DNA of 64,000 bases from a virus, in IMG/VR virus record IMGVR_UViG_3300031918_000006, positions 51,599-115,598 of that record. One strand, 5' to 3'. This document shows positions 49,922 to 59,971 of this stretch, piece by piece. The notes beneath the pieces were generated by a model. That model had not been told where the DNA came from. It was given only the letters and a program-made list of their open reading frames with translations, and made no database searches. Positions within the stretch are counted from its first letter, which is position 1, and each line of letters opens with the position of its first letter. Both the position numbers and the translations under genes were made by a program.

Positions 49922-50317
49922 TTAAATCAATCCTTTTTCTATTAGCATTTTTCTAATCACATCCCAATCTGCATATGGTCTTGAACTTAATTCAGGATCA
50001 TATACTAAAGGACATCCTAGTGCATCATCACCAATATAGAGATTTGCATAGCATTTATTAGAAGAAGTCCATCTTTCTTGTCCTGGATCTTTTTGTGCTG
50101 CATAAAGGGAAATTCCATTTTCAGCAAACCAATTTATAGCATCTGCTAAGTGATTACCACTTCGCATAGTATAAAGTATAATTAGGTGTCCCCTATTTAC
50201 TAAATCTATTAGTATAGGTACTGCTCCTATATCTTTTCCTATTTTGGGATACTCATGTGTCACACAAGTACCATCAAAATCCAAGCCCACTTTAATAGGG
50301 CCTACTATCTTTTCCAT
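49922..50317 (-). CDS. HAD-family phosphatase (BT0820-like)
   Basis: LDFDGT, YTMR, K, YIGDD; likely start ATG 50317. Confidence 0.8.
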   Translation of the reverse strand: MEKIVGPIKVGLDFDGTCVTHEYPKIGKDIGAVPILIDLVNRGHLIILYTMRSGNHLADAINWFAENGISLYAAQKDPGQERWTSSNKCYANLYIGDDALGCPLVYDPELSSRPYADWDVIRKMLIEKGLI

Positions 50318-50327
50318 ATAGATCTCT

Positions 50328-51344
50328 TCATTTACTAAATCCCGTTTTACTCTGAGTAGTTTTGAATCGACTACTAGAGATAAATTTTCCCATATCTTTA
50401 AGTTCACCTATTGAATCTTCAATAGACTTACCAAAGATAAATACACTTTTTATAAACTCACCTAAGTGAGCTAGACTCAAACCTTCTGTTTTTGAAACAA
50501 CATCGTCTAAATCAACTTTGTCTAAATCAGTAGATTTGATTTTCTTTTCCAGATAGAACTTTCTAGTTTCTGCATTAGGTAAATCTATAAGATACCTTTT
50601 ATCAAAACGAGATGGCCTATTTAGAATTCTCTCTTCTAATTTTTCAGGATAGTTAGTACAAGCCAAGTATACCACATTGTGGCTCTGGTATATACCATCT
50701 AAAATGTTTAAAAGAAGAGTTTCATTATCTTTATATGCTAATAATCCATCAATATCCTCAATCAATGTTAGAATAGGAGTAGTAGGTTCAATATGTCTAA
50801 AGGCTTTGCCAATAGCGTTAACATACCTAACTAAATCATCCCCATTTTTAATACTAATTACAACTCCTTGTTTTTTAATAATAGCCTCGGATAATAGTGC
50901 TACTAAACTACTTTTTCCACTTCCAGGAGGTCCATATAATAGAATGCCTCTTTTATAAGCATATTTGTAATTCTTGAATTTTATTTCATTATCCCAGAAA
51001 TATTTCATATCATTTAAAATGGTATTAAATACAGGATCTGGTAATACAAATAATTCATCAAGATTTATTTTTTGCTTTAAAAAGACAGGCCATCCATTCT
51101 GATGGTCCCATTCTATATTATACATTCCTGGCTGTACAAATTTTGTAATTTTTACAGTATCTGAGGGAATATATTCACCTGGACGTATTTCAATCCATTC
51201 CTTATAGAAAGGTTTTACCTCTTCTTCAGCAGGCTCATCTCCAAATAATGGAGTCTTTATTGGAGGGGCCTCTATGTAATCAAACTTAATTTCTGCTGTA
51301 GGCTTTTTTGAAGCTCTCTTAGTTACGTTTGTAATTTCATCCAT
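50328..51344 (-). CDS. AAA+ ATPase
   Basis: GILLYGPPGSGKS, IEDID, LLNILDG, TNYPE, RPSRFD. Confidence 0.9.
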   Translation of the reverse strand: MDEITNVTKRASKKPTAEIKFDYIEAPPIKTPLFGDEPAEEEVKPFYKEWIEIRPGEYIPSDTVKITKFVQPGMYNIEWDHQNGWPVFLKQKINLDELFVLPDPVFNTILNDMKYFWDNEIKFKNYKYAYKRGILLYGPPGSGKSSLVALLSEAIIKKQGVVISIKNGDDLVRYVNAIGKAFRHIEPTTPILTLIEDIDGLLAYKDNETLLLNILDGIYQSHNVVYLACTNYPEKLEERILNRPSRFDKRYLIDLPNAETRKFYLEKKIKSTDLDKVDLDDVVSKTEGLSLAHLGEFIKSVFIFGKSIEDSIGELKDMGKFISSSRFKTTQSKTGFSK

Positions 51345-51601
51345 TATTTTTTACCTTTTAGATATTCTAGAGTTTCCTCTAACTGAGCTATATGGGTCTC
51401 ATCAAGAATCATTTCATCCCAATTTCCATACTTACTTTTATAACCACACACATATTTTAATCCTACCCATATTCTTTGAAATACATTACGATAGTTTACT
51501 AAATGGATTTGTACTACTACAAGTCCTTTATTCAAACTAACTACAATCTGGTGTTCCAGACTGCAACAACTCATCAATACTAAGTTTTTCTTCGTTTTCA
51601 T
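51344..51601 (-). CDS. Hypothetical protein
   Basis: 85-aa ORF, CCSLEH motif. Confidence 0.6.
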   Translation of the reverse strand: MKTKKNLVLMSCCSLEHQIVVSLNKGLVVVQIHLVNYRNVFQRIWVGLKYVCGYKSKYGNWDEMILDETHIAQLEETLEYLKGKK

Positions 51602-52103
51602 TTTTAAAAGTTTTAATGATGTGTTCTAAAGAAACAGGTGTGAAGCCATTTGCATCAACTCCAACATCATACCAATTATCATATGAATGATAAGGAATGA
51701 GTCTATGTAGATGTCCACACAAATATTTTTGTTTATTAAAATGATTAGCAGAGGCTTCTGCTGGATTATGTACTAAAATAAAATCATAACCATCTCCTAT
51801 TAAATGCAGTCTTTCACATACAGTTTGAAAACATTCGGTAGGAATATTCTTCGTTCTATCATGATTACCTTTTATTAATATTTTTATTCCATTTAATTGG
51901 TCAAAGATTTCTTTTATTTTAGCTTTATTATAAGACATGGAGATGTCTCCTATAATATATACTAAATCATCTGGACCTACTACTGAATTCCAATTATCAA
52001 TTAAAGTACGATTCATTTCTTCTACATAGTAAAATGGCCTGTTACAGTATTTTATAATGTTTAGATGACCAAAATGTTGGTCCGATGTAAAAAATATTTT
52101 CAT
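51537..52103 (-). CDS. Calcineurin-like metallophosphoesterase
   Basis: SDQHFGH, GD, GNHD, H, GHLH, DVGVD. Confidence 0.9.
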   Translation of the reverse strand: MKIFFTSDQHFGHLNIIKYCNRPFYYVEEMNRTLIDNWNSVVGPDDLVYIIGDISMSYNKAKIKEIFDQLNGIKILIKGNHDRTKNIPTECFQTVCERLHLIGDGYDFILVHNPAEASANHFNKQKYLCGHLHRLIPYHSYDNWYDVGVDANGFTPVSLEHIIKTFKNENEEKLSIDELLQSGTPDCS

Positions 52104-52426
52104 CTCATTATAAACATTTGTCTTGCTAAAAAAACATTACTTCTAGAGTGTACTTTTGGGTATACTCCCTCAAATAAACACTTTATTATTATTTTTTTAT
52201 CAATAGTTGCTTTTGAAAAACAAGTTAAGTAATCCTCAGCTTCTTCATATGTCGGTAAGAAGTGAAATCCTGAGGTGTAAGTAGATCCTCTGGGGCCATC
52301 ACTAACTATTTCTTTAGTGGCAGTTATCCACTGGTTTCTGCACATTTTTCTAGATTTATTTATACCATGAAATAATGTAAGCAAAGTACCATCTGTATGT
52401 AAATCAAATATTTTATATCCTATCAT
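52100..52426 (-). CDS. Hypothetical protein
   Basis: GYKIF...SGFH motifs; coupled ORF. Confidence 0.6.
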   Translation of the reverse strand: MIGYKIFDLHTDGTLLTLFHGINKSRKMCRNQWITATKEIVSDGPRGSTYTSGFHFLPTYEEAEDYLTCFSKATIDKKIIIKCLFEGVYPKVHSRSNVFLARQMFIMR

Positions 52427-52992
52427 TTTCTTCCAAAATCAGCTGGGATTTCTGTCCCGATTAGACCATTGTTCCAGTGGATAATTTTATTAGTATCCAC
52501 TTGCATAGCTTCTATTATAATGTCTTCCAACATTTTACGAGTTTCTAAAGAAATTAATTCTGACTTCATATTATAATGACCTTTGCTTAATGCTGATATA
52601 GCAGTTTTAGAATCAGTATAAATGTTACAGTTTAATTTATTCTTTGCTCTATAAATAGCGGCATAAGCCAAACCCATTACCTCTCCGGTATTGTTAGTAC
52701 CATCTTTATAAGTAGGAGACCTATAAATCACCTCATGTGTATCACTCCAAACCATTTGAAACTCCCAGAAGTTTTCTTTGATAGAACTGGAGGCATCCAC
52801 AGTAATATGGTGACCAACAGGGTACACATCTAAGACATAAGGTTTATAGTTTAAATATAGTTTAGCGTCTTCTTCTGTGGAAAATGACTTGAAATCAGCA
52901 CCTTTGCAGCCTTTTACAGCCTTGGAACACTCATCCCAGGAAGTATAAACTTTAGGTCCATCGTGTCCTATTCTTACTGCATAATACTTCAT
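52423..52992 (-). CDS. rnhA: Ribonuclease HI with N-terminal viroplasmin (hybrid-binding) domain
   Basis: KYYAV..G...VY.SW.EC...V.G...FKSF; VDAS, TNNTGE, YTDS, IPADFGRK. Confidence 0.88.
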   Translation of the reverse strand: MKYYAVRIGHDGPKVYTSWDECSKAVKGCKGADFKSFSTEEDAKLYLNYKPYVLDVYPVGHHITVDASSSIKENFWEFQMVWSDTHEVIYRSPTYKDGTNNTGEVMGLAYAAIYRAKNKLNCNIYTDSKTAISALSKGHYNMKSELISLETRKMLEDIIIEAMQVDTNKIIHWNNGLIGTEIPADFGRK

Positions 52993-53328
52993 TTAATACT
53001 TCTCGTAAGAAAATTCATTTCCAATGATTTCTCTTATAACAGCAGAAGGAATACAATCCATATCTTCAACTTCAGCAGTATCAGGAAATAAAGCATAAGT
53101 ATCATCAGATAAAAGTCCAACAGTATTGGAATCAATTCTCACCAATTTATGAACCTGGCTATGACTTCCATCTTCAAAAGGACCTTCAATGGTGAAATCA
53201 TCTCCCAATTCATACTCGCCTTCTAAAGCACCTTGATCATCAAGAAAACTTTTTAGATCTTCTTCATTGATCATATCCACATCTATAACCCAACTATCTG
53301 GGACTTCAATTATTAAACTTTGTGTCAT
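52993..53328 (-). CDS. Very acidic small protein
   Basis: About 28 D/E versus 5 K/R in 111 aa (hand count). Confidence 0.65.
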   Translation of the reverse strand: MTQSLIIEVPDSWVIDVDMINEEDLKSFLDDQGALEGEYELGDDFTIEGPFEDGSHSQVHKLVRIDSNTVGLLSDDTYALFPDTAEVEDMDCIPSAVIREIIGNEFSYEKY

Positions 53329-53459
53329 TTTTTAAAAATTTTACCACACCTTTGACAGGTGTATTCATTAAACATGTCTGGGACTTTCTTAACATCGTCC
53401 TTTACAGTATGAATGTCATAGTACCAATAACTCCACCAACAAACAAACCAGTTTCTCAT
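53325..53459 (-). CDS. Small Cys/His protein, 44 aa (not in ORF track)
   Basis: MRNWFVCWWSYWYYDIH...YTCQRCGKIFKK; ATGA overlaps at both ends fill the gap exactly. Confidence 0.6.
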   Translation of the reverse strand: MRNWFVCWWSYWYYDIHTVKDDVKKVPDMFNEYTCQRCGKIFKK

Positions 53460-53707
53460 AAGGTTAATCTCATTGATGATTGTAAGTCTTTAATGTCCTT
53501 GTAATAACCACTCATTCCGAACTGACCATCAATTCGAAATTCTATGTTAGTGCCAAGTTCATTTTCTAAGTCATCTAACTTTAATTCCAAAATGAAAGGC
53601 ACACCTTGTGGTGCACCTAACATATTGTGTTGTTGATAACTTTTAATCAGGATATTTTCAGATTTTTCTGAAAATCCTAAAGCTAGTAAGTCTTCTTTAA
53701 AAGCCAT
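53456..53707 (-). CDS. Hypothetical protein
   Basis: 83-aa coupled ORF. Confidence 0.6.
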   Translation of the reverse strand: MAFKEDLLALGFSEKSENILIKSYQQHNMLGAPQGVPFILELKLDDLENELGTNIEFRIDGQFGMSGYYKDIKDLQSSMRLTL

Positions 53708-54068
53708 GAATTAGTCTTTTAATTTGAATTTTGCATTTTTTTTGAAAGATTAGAATACGATAATCTAAGACTCTCTTTACATAAGACTTAAGTTTTCGCT
53801 TAACTAATTCTCCGACTTTTACGTCTAGATAGGATTTAGTATTCGTTACTATCAATCTGTCTTTATATAAAGTGAATTCAATAGCACCATCCTTTATCTT
53901 GGTCATATCACCATTATCACTAATTTCAATAGAAGAACTGTTTCTTATGTGCAATTTTACAAATGCCAATAATTCATTCTCTTCTTCTGTCCATTCAGGA
54001 TCTATTGATTTAGAAGCACGATATCTTAACATCGTGTATTTCAAAAATAATCTTATTCTAGTTTTCAT
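53697..54068 (-). CDS. Hypothetical protein
   Basis: 123-aa ORF. Confidence 0.6.
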   Translation of the reverse strand: MKTRIRLFLKYTMLRYRASKSIDPEWTEEENELLAFVKLHIRNSSSIEISDNGDMTKIKDGAIEFTLYKDRLIVTNTKSYLDVKVGELVKRKLKSYVKRVLDYRILIFQKKCKIQIKRLIHGF

Positions 54069-54083
54069 TTTTTCTATTAAATT

Positions 54084-54109
54084 AAAAAAGGAGGTATTAC
54101 CCTCCTTTT
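54084..54109 (-). terminator. Intrinsic terminator after ferritin gene
   Basis: AAAAGGAGG-TATTAC-CCTCCTTTT hairpin; U-run on the minus strand. Confidence 0.85.
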
Positions 54110-54635
54110 ATGCTAACTCTTTAATTCTATTATCCAAGATAATCATATCCTGAGTAAATTCAAATTGATCTAAAGCCGTAGTTTGTTTGTTTTCTTCTTC
54201 TCGCTGTTCGATCACTAAAGGTTGTATTGCATTAAAAGATATAAAATCTCCCTTCTCCATACAAACCCTACAAATGTTCAAGATCTTCTCAGTTGTTTCA
54301 ATTTCTCTTTGTAATGCAGCTTCATGTAAACTCTTCAATTGTGCAATTGGAGTTTCACCTTCGATTTTTAAATCCTGTTCCTCTAAAGCTGGTATTGTAA
54401 AATCATAATTAGATTCAACTAAGTGACTGTATACCAATTCAGAATGAACTAATTCTCCATCTGCTGCTGTTTTAAAATATATTGAATTTCCTGTTAATCC
54501 TCGTACATCGCACCAAGTGGACGCATTAAGATACAATAAATTGTTTTGCTTCTCATGTGCTACCTGCTTGATAAACAAATCTGCTACTTCCTCAGATAAA
54601 TAAGTGACTTTTCTTCGTTCTGTTATTTCTCCCAT
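54108..54635 (-). CDS. Ferritin-like protein
   Basis: QVAHE...LY....WC...L.G...YF....ELVH, RE..TT..I, EQREEE four-helix ferroxidase pattern. Confidence 0.85.
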   Translation of the reverse strand: MGEITERRKVTYLSEEVADLFIKQVAHEKQNNLLYLNASTWCDVRGLTGNSIYFKTAADGELVHSELVYSHLVESNYDFTIPALEEQDLKIEGETPIAQLKSLHEAALQREIETTEKILNICRVCMEKGDFISFNAIQPLVIEQREEENKQTTALDQFEFTQDMIILDNRIKELA

Positions 54636-54685
54636 ATTATAAATTTTTGTAAAGTTACTCACAAAAATAATAATATCAAAGAGAT

Positions 54686-55090
54686 TTAAGAGAAGAAAGG
54701 AAAAACTTTTCCGTGGTAATACACAACCTTTACTTCTTCTGCCATATCATCAAAGAAAGTATGAAGATAACCAAGAATTTCATCCTGGTATAACTTAACA
54801 GAATAAGTAGTTTTAAAGTCCGGGACTTTTTTCAGGTTCTTCAAATGTACAGTAAGACCATGTTTGCATGTCCTAAGTGTTCTTGAAGGGGCTGATGCAC
54901 GATACCCTTTAATCTTGGGGAACATCTCCAATTCTGCTTTTTCCTGTGGTGTTTTTTTATGCCACTCGGGGTTCTGTACGAATAAAGGAAGGCGTAAACC
55001 TTCACGTACCATCAAGGCATCATCCTTGGTATTAACTGGTGAAATCTCTGATTTTTTCTTCTCAGAGACTTTTTTAATTTCTGCGCTCAT
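54686..55090 (-). CDS. Hypothetical protein
   Basis: 134-aa ORF. Confidence 0.6.
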   Translation of the reverse strand: MSAEIKKVSEKKKSEISPVNTKDDALMVREGLRLPLFVQNPEWHKKTPQEKAELEMFPKIKGYRASAPSRTLRTCKHGLTVHLKNLKKVPDFKTTYSVKLYQDEILGYLHTFFDDMAEEVKVVYYHGKVFPFFS

Positions 55091-55112
55091 TACTAAGTGT
55101 CTTTAGGTGTTG

Positions 55113-55436
55113 TTAAAACAATAAATCGATGTTTATAGGTTCTCCATCTTCGCACATTTTTATAGCTGTCTTAACGATAGTTACAACATCTGCACGTGAA
55201 TACCTTTGTGGGACTGGGACATGAATTGCCACTGTTTGATCTACTAATCTCCTTATAGGTTTCCCTTCAGAATCCACTTCTATTTCAAAATGGTCTCCTG
55301 CTTTAAAAGTACCTAAAGTTAAAGAATTAGAAACTGTGCTTCTAAAATCTTCTGGAGATAAGATAACTTTATCAGCTTCATCTACCCCATACAGTTTATG
55401 CCCGTCTACTACAACAAGCATTAATTTTTTTCTCAT
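55113..55436 (-). CDS. Hypothetical protein
   Basis: 107-aa ORF. Confidence 0.6.
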   Translation of the reverse strand: MRKKLMLVVVDGHKLYGVDEADKVILSPEDFRSTVSNSLTLGTFKAGDHFEIEVDSEGKPIRRLVDQTVAIHVPVPQRYSRADVVTIVKTAIKMCEDGEPINIDLLF

Positions 55437-55440
55437 ATAT

Positions 55441-57108
55441 TTATTTTTTATTTGTCAAGTAAACGCTAGTAGGATTAACAATAATAATACCAGCATTACA
55501 ACAATGAATTACACTATTTTCTGACACTTCACTACACTGAAATTCATCCAATATAGACATGTCCAAACTTCTCATTAAGACAAGTTTATCATCTTGGGGG
55601 ACAACAATAATATCGTTGTTTAAAGTGTCATAGTATCTCAAACCTAAGAAATTACAATCAAAAAATTCAACTTGTAAGTTTTTAATAGAGAATACTTTAT
55701 ATATAATCTTGTCACTTTCAAGATATTCTACAATACCTGTTTGACCTGATTGTACTAAATTCTTTATTCTTTTCTGTAAGACTACTGAATTTAATGTGCC
55801 TTTCTCGTAAAATATTACAGATGAATCTGCTACTCTTTGAAAAAGACCATCAATATTGGTAAATCCCCCACCATATACATTATGTGATTGCATAGCAACT
55901 TGATGATTAAATATACTATTTAAAGTAAAATGAAATCTCATGTTATCTGTAACAATTATTAAAGTATCTCCAAATTGTCTTGATTTAAGCTTACCTAAAT
56001 GAGAAAATTCTTTAACCATATAATGTGTTTTATAATCACCATCTGCATAATAAAGAACTAAGTCTCTTAACAGTAAGAAATTATCATTAGAGGAAAAGAA
56101 TATAAGATCCTTAGATTCTGCTCTAAAAGAATGCATCACTCTGTAATTACCCTTTATAGAACAATCATAAATAATAGTAACTCCATTGTTTGTTATGGCT
56201 AATCTAGTTTTACTACTCGCACTTTTTGTTATTAAACCTCTAGTTATCTCTTTCATAATCAATTGATCAGTTTTAACGATGATCTGTGGGTTTACTAGTA
56301 TGTTGTGTTGTTGTGTTGTTAGTATATTAAGTTGAATAATGAATCTATTCCCCTTAACAAACAGCTCCATGAACTGATCAAAGAGTGCAATGTTAGTAAT
56401 GGGTTGATAACATTTTGGAATAATAACATCCTTATCATTCATTACAGTGAGTTTTTTAATCATTCTCTCTGCAATACTTAGCACCTTTTTGTTCACTCCT
56501 TTAAAAGGGTGGATATAAGTGAGTAAATTAAAAATAATTAATCCTATAGAAAAATAGTCAGCTTTAATACTAACAGTTCCACTATAAAGATAATCTCTAA
56601 TTTCATCAAATAATAAACCAGAGTGTTTACAGTTTGGTGTTTCATATGAGTCCACATCTATTAAATAAACAGAGCCAGATTCATTTACAAGTATATTATA
56701 AGGATTATAATCTCCAATGATTATGTTCTTACTATGTGCAAATTTCATTGCATCTATGAGCTTCTCAGCTATGTTTAACTTGACTTTGTCAGAGATATTT
56801 TCTCTGATACAAAAAGTTTTATTAAAAAGTGAGAGAATTGGATAGTGATCAGATGGTACTTTATTCATGGTAAATCCTAAGATTTTACCCTTAGAGTCAT
56901 AAACAAGTTTTTCTGGCTTAACAAAGATGTTGCTCTTTAATTCAGCCAAATCATTGAACTTAATTTCAGTAATGGTCTTTATACCAGGTAGGTATAGCTT
57001 CACTACTTCAATTCCATTATCAATAATCATACCTTCTCCACCTCTTGCAATCTCTTTTGAAGTATCGAGATCTACAATTAAAACTTTTTGTTTATTATAG
57101 AGTTTCAT
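55441..57108 (-). CDS. Ser/Thr protein kinase (YegI/TerY-associated type) with beta-rich C-terminal domain
   Basis: ARGGEG, VVKLY, IGDYNPYNILV, LIDVDS, ADYFS, HPFKG. Confidence 0.85.
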   Translation of the reverse strand: MKLYNKQKVLIVDLDTSKEIARGGEGMIIDNGIEVVKLYLPGIKTITEIKFNDLAELKSNIFVKPEKLVYDSKGKILGFTMNKVPSDHYPILSLFNKTFCIRENISDKVKLNIAEKLIDAMKFAHSKNIIIGDYNPYNILVNESGSVYLIDVDSYETPNCKHSGLLFDEIRDYLYSGTVSIKADYFSIGLIIFNLLTYIHPFKGVNKKVLSIAERMIKKLTVMNDKDVIIPKCYQPITNIALFDQFMELFVKGNRFIIQLNILTTQQHNILVNPQIIVKTDQLIMKEITRGLITKSASSKTRLAITNNGVTIIYDCSIKGNYRVMHSFRAESKDLIFFSSNDNFLLLRDLVLYYADGDYKTHYMVKEFSHLGKLKSRQFGDTLIIVTDNMRFHFTLNSIFNHQVAMQSHNVYGGGFTNIDGLFQRVADSSVIFYEKGTLNSVVLQKRIKNLVQSGQTGIVEYLESDKIIYKVFSIKNLQVEFFDCNFLGLRYYDTLNNDIIVVPQDDKLVLMRSLDMSILDEFQCSEVSENSVIHCCNAGIIIVNPTSVYLTNKK

Positions 57109-57376
57109 TGAGATAAACTATTTTATCAAGAGCATCTTCTCTATTTTTCTTATTAAGAAAAATATATTGCTGATTATCATTATTCCAACCATCCCAGATT
57201 TTATCTGAGTCTTTGTAGATAATAATAGTAGGTAAATCCGGAGTACTTTTAATAAGTTCATCAATGACATTTTCAATATCATTAGTTAAAGATCTTCCTG
57301 CATCTAGATCTTCTAAACACAGTATACGATGTCCTTTATGTACTACTATTTCTGAGGTGTATTTACATTTTACCAT
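57095..57376 (-). CDS. Hypothetical protein
   Basis: SLTNDIENVI...IIYKDSD..WDG. Confidence 0.6.
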   Translation of the reverse strand: MVKCKYTSEIVVHKGHRILCLEDLDAGRSLTNDIENVIDELIKSTPDLPTIIIYKDSDKIWDGWNNDNQQYIFLNKKNREDALDKIVYLNETL

Positions 57377-57386
57377 TTTCTTTTTA

Positions 57387-57713
57387 TTAAATTTTTTTTG
57401 GTTCTCCCATCAACACATCAAGTTCAGGGGGATTAGACGGAGTGTCTTTTATTTCATCCTTAAATATGAAATCTATAGCCTCTTCTAAACTATATTTAGA
57501 AGGAATTTCCCAATTCCAACGTCTATTTACCATATGATAAAAGTTCCAAGAACTATAATATTTAGTAAATATACATTTAGGAGGTTCAATGTTACTTCTT
57601 TTACAATCTTTGTTTATTTGAATAAGAAACTGTGTTTCAATTTCTTCTTCTTCTGTAACAGCTATATATTCACCATCTTTAAATATTAGATAATATTCAT
57701 AGTCAGTTTTCAT
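57387..57713 (-). CDS. Hypothetical protein
   Basis: 108-aa coupled ORF. Confidence 0.55.
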   Translation of the reverse strand: MKTDYEYYLIFKDGEYIAVTEEEEIETQFLIQINKDCKRSNIEPPKCIFTKYYSSWNFYHMVNRRWNWEIPSKYSLEEAIDFIFKDEIKDTPSNPPELDVLMGEPKKI

Positions 57714-58420
57714 AATATAAATCTTACTATAGACAAATCATCATAGTTAGAATATCCTTCTTTTAAAAGCATATTATATTTTCTAGCTAACATAGCTTCA
57801 CTTTTTATTAGAGTTTCCTCATAAAGTAAAGATTCTATTACTCTTGAACTAACATCTTTCTTTTCTTTGTCCGTGAAGGAATAAATTCCATCTGAACAAA
57901 TTGAAAAAGTCTTTTGCATTTCAAAAGTATACTCTTTAGTAGATAAAAGAGCTTCCTCAATACTATTTAAATGGTAAGCTAAATAATCAGGAGCATTACC
58001 AGGACTTTCAATTTTAGTTTCTTCAGCGCTTTTTCCATCACTTATATAGAAACATCCATCTCCTGAGACTAATACAAAGACTCGCCCATCTCGTATAACT
58101 GTTAAAATCACTGTAGAAAGCAATTCTAAAGGATCTAGATATAAAGAGGTTTTTACTTCATTTAAGGAATGATATAAACTTTTAAAAATGCTTCTACCAA
58201 TTCCTTCTAAAGACCACTCCTTATATATAGGAAAAAGATTATTACAGTAAGCATTTAAAATTTTATTGTATAGTGTTGAGACAAAATGACTTTTAATTCC
58301 AGTACTACATCCATCAAAGACGGCTCCAATATAAGTGTTGCCATCATTAAAAGTGAACAGATCATCTTCGCAATTTACGTGATGATCTGCTCCTCTTTTA
58401 AGTAAGGTTCTAACTTCCAT
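57710..58420 (-). CDS. PP2C-family protein phosphatase (PphC/YegK-like)
   Basis: NCEDD, VFDGCST, SGDG, CSDG, DDLSIV. Confidence 0.88.
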   Translation of the reverse strand: MEVRTLLKRGADHHVNCEDDLFTFNDGNTYIGAVFDGCSTGIKSHFVSTLYNKILNAYCNNLFPIYKEWSLEGIGRSIFKSLYHSLNEVKTSLYLDPLELLSTVILTVIRDGRVFVLVSGDGCFYISDGKSAEETKIESPGNAPDYLAYHLNSIEEALLSTKEYTFEMQKTFSICSDGIYSFTDKEKKDVSSRVIESLLYEETLIKSEAMLARKYNMLLKEGYSNYDDLSIVRFIL

Positions 58421-59103
58421 TAGAAGCTGGTAGTAATGGGATTAGCACCAGATGAAGATTTAGAAATTGAAGAGCTGATAAAGCTAATCATTTTCTTAAT
58501 TTCTGCACCGGTATTTCCAACTACAGCAAGATGTTGAAATCCCATATCCTGTTGTGCTCTTTTGAATGAACTATCACTTCCTACTCCGAAGAGGATAGTA
58601 GTGAATGAAAAAGCATTGGCCTCTTTAGATGTAATATCTTCTAAGGTTTTTTTGATTACAGTTGGACGACATCTGCTGGAATTATCTTCACCATCGGTGA
58701 TACAGAATATCAATGTTTTCACATTAATACCAGATTGCTCAAGTGTATCACGATAATCTACAGCATTTTTAATACCATAAGCAACACCGTCATACAAAGC
58801 TGTACCGCCACCTTGTGGTACAAAGTTAATAACAGGTACTCCGGCAATTGGTTGAAATCCACTTCTTACTTTAACTTGGTGGTCAAACTCAATGATTGAG
58901 ACTAAAAGTCTATCACTGATATGAGATTGCTGCATTGTTTGAATAAAATCATTGAAAGCAGCATTAAAATCTTTTGCATAACTAGCAACTGATGGTGATA
59001 TATCAATTACAAATACAGCATTGACTGTTTCTTCTACCTGAATTAAATCAGTATCTACGTTATGGAAATCCAAGTGGATATCCAGATCATCTAAATCTTC
59101 CAT
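58420..59103 (-). CDS. von Willebrand A domain protein (TerY/YegL-like)
   Basis: MIDAS DISPS, GGTALYD, ITDGED. Confidence 0.88.
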   Translation of the reverse strand: MEDLDDLDIHLDFHNVDTDLIQVEETVNAVFVIDISPSVASYAKDFNAAFNDFIQTMQQSHISDRLLVSIIEFDHQVKVRSGFQPIAGVPVINFVPQGGGTALYDGVAYGIKNAVDYRDTLEQSGINVKTLIFCITDGEDNSSRCRPTVIKKTLEDITSKEANAFSFTTILFGVGSDSSFKRAQQDMGFQHLAVVGNTGAEIKKMISFISSSISKSSSGANPITTSF

Positions 59104-59114
59104 TTCTTTTAAAA

Positions 59115-59954
59115 TTAAAGGGTTACATCAACTGATTTAATAAATTCAATGCCCATTGCTTTTGCACTTGCATAGGTAGCATCTCCTAGGAATCCTAGGC
59201 CAGGTACATCAGACATACAGTCCTCAAGAATAACAAATTTCTTTGCTAAAGTTGGAAATTGCATAGCTTGTCGTAATGTGTTTGCAACACAATGACTCTT
59301 AGCTTCTCCTGCAAAATATACTTTTTCAAATTTTTCCAATTTGTGTATAAGGTTTGCATTTAGCTGAGTTTCAGGATGTCCTTCAACTGGCACGTTAGCA
59401 CGAAAAGCACCAAAATGTTCAGTAAGAGGCCATGTGCCTTTGGTTACTACTTGGTGAAACTCACCTTTAGCACGACACCAAGACTCAACAGACAAGATAA
59501 CTTCTGGCATAATGGCAGCACCGGGACTTCCAATGATACAATGTTCTGGCCAAATATAATGAGGAAATTCTCCTTGTTTTTCCAATTCTGCTACATAAGC
59601 TGTGGCTTCTTTTGGATAATACTTTGGAGTCCACTTGCCTGCTAAGATATCAGCAGAAGTGATTTGTGTGAAAGGGCCTGGTAAATTACCGTCCTTATCT
59701 TGCCAGAATCCCGGATGTGATATGTCTATCACTTGATGAGAGTCCATGGTTAAACCGATGTAATCAATCTCAGCTAAATTTTTAGCTATAAAATTTCCTA
59801 CACGAGCCATATCGTTTTCAGCTCCAGGAACATACAAAGATCCTACCGGTCTTACTTGAATAGTTATTCCATCTTTATCCAGTATACTTTCACCTGGATC
59901 ACAAAAATCGACTTGTGCGTCGATAATCAGCAAAGCATTCTTTGTTCTTTTCAT
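59115..59954 (-). CDS. pncA: Nicotinamidase (isochorismatase family)
   Basis: IIDAQVDF, GSLYVPGA, DSH, WPEHC, VTKG, GEAKSHCV (D-K-C triad). Confidence 0.88.
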   Translation of the reverse strand: MKRTKNALLIIDAQVDFCDPGESILDKDGITIQVRPVGSLYVPGAENDMARVGNFIAKNLAEIDYIGLTMDSHQVIDISHPGFWQDKDGNLPGPFTQITSADILAGKWTPKYYPKEATAYVAELEKQGEFPHYIWPEHCIIGSPGAAIMPEVILSVESWCRAKGEFHQVVTKGTWPLTEHFGAFRANVPVEGHPETQLNANLIHKLEKFEKVYFAGEAKSHCVANTLRQAMQFPTLAKKFVILEDCMSDVPGLGFLGDATYASAKAMGIEFIKSVDVTL

Positions 59955-59971
59955 TTTAACTTTTTATTAAT

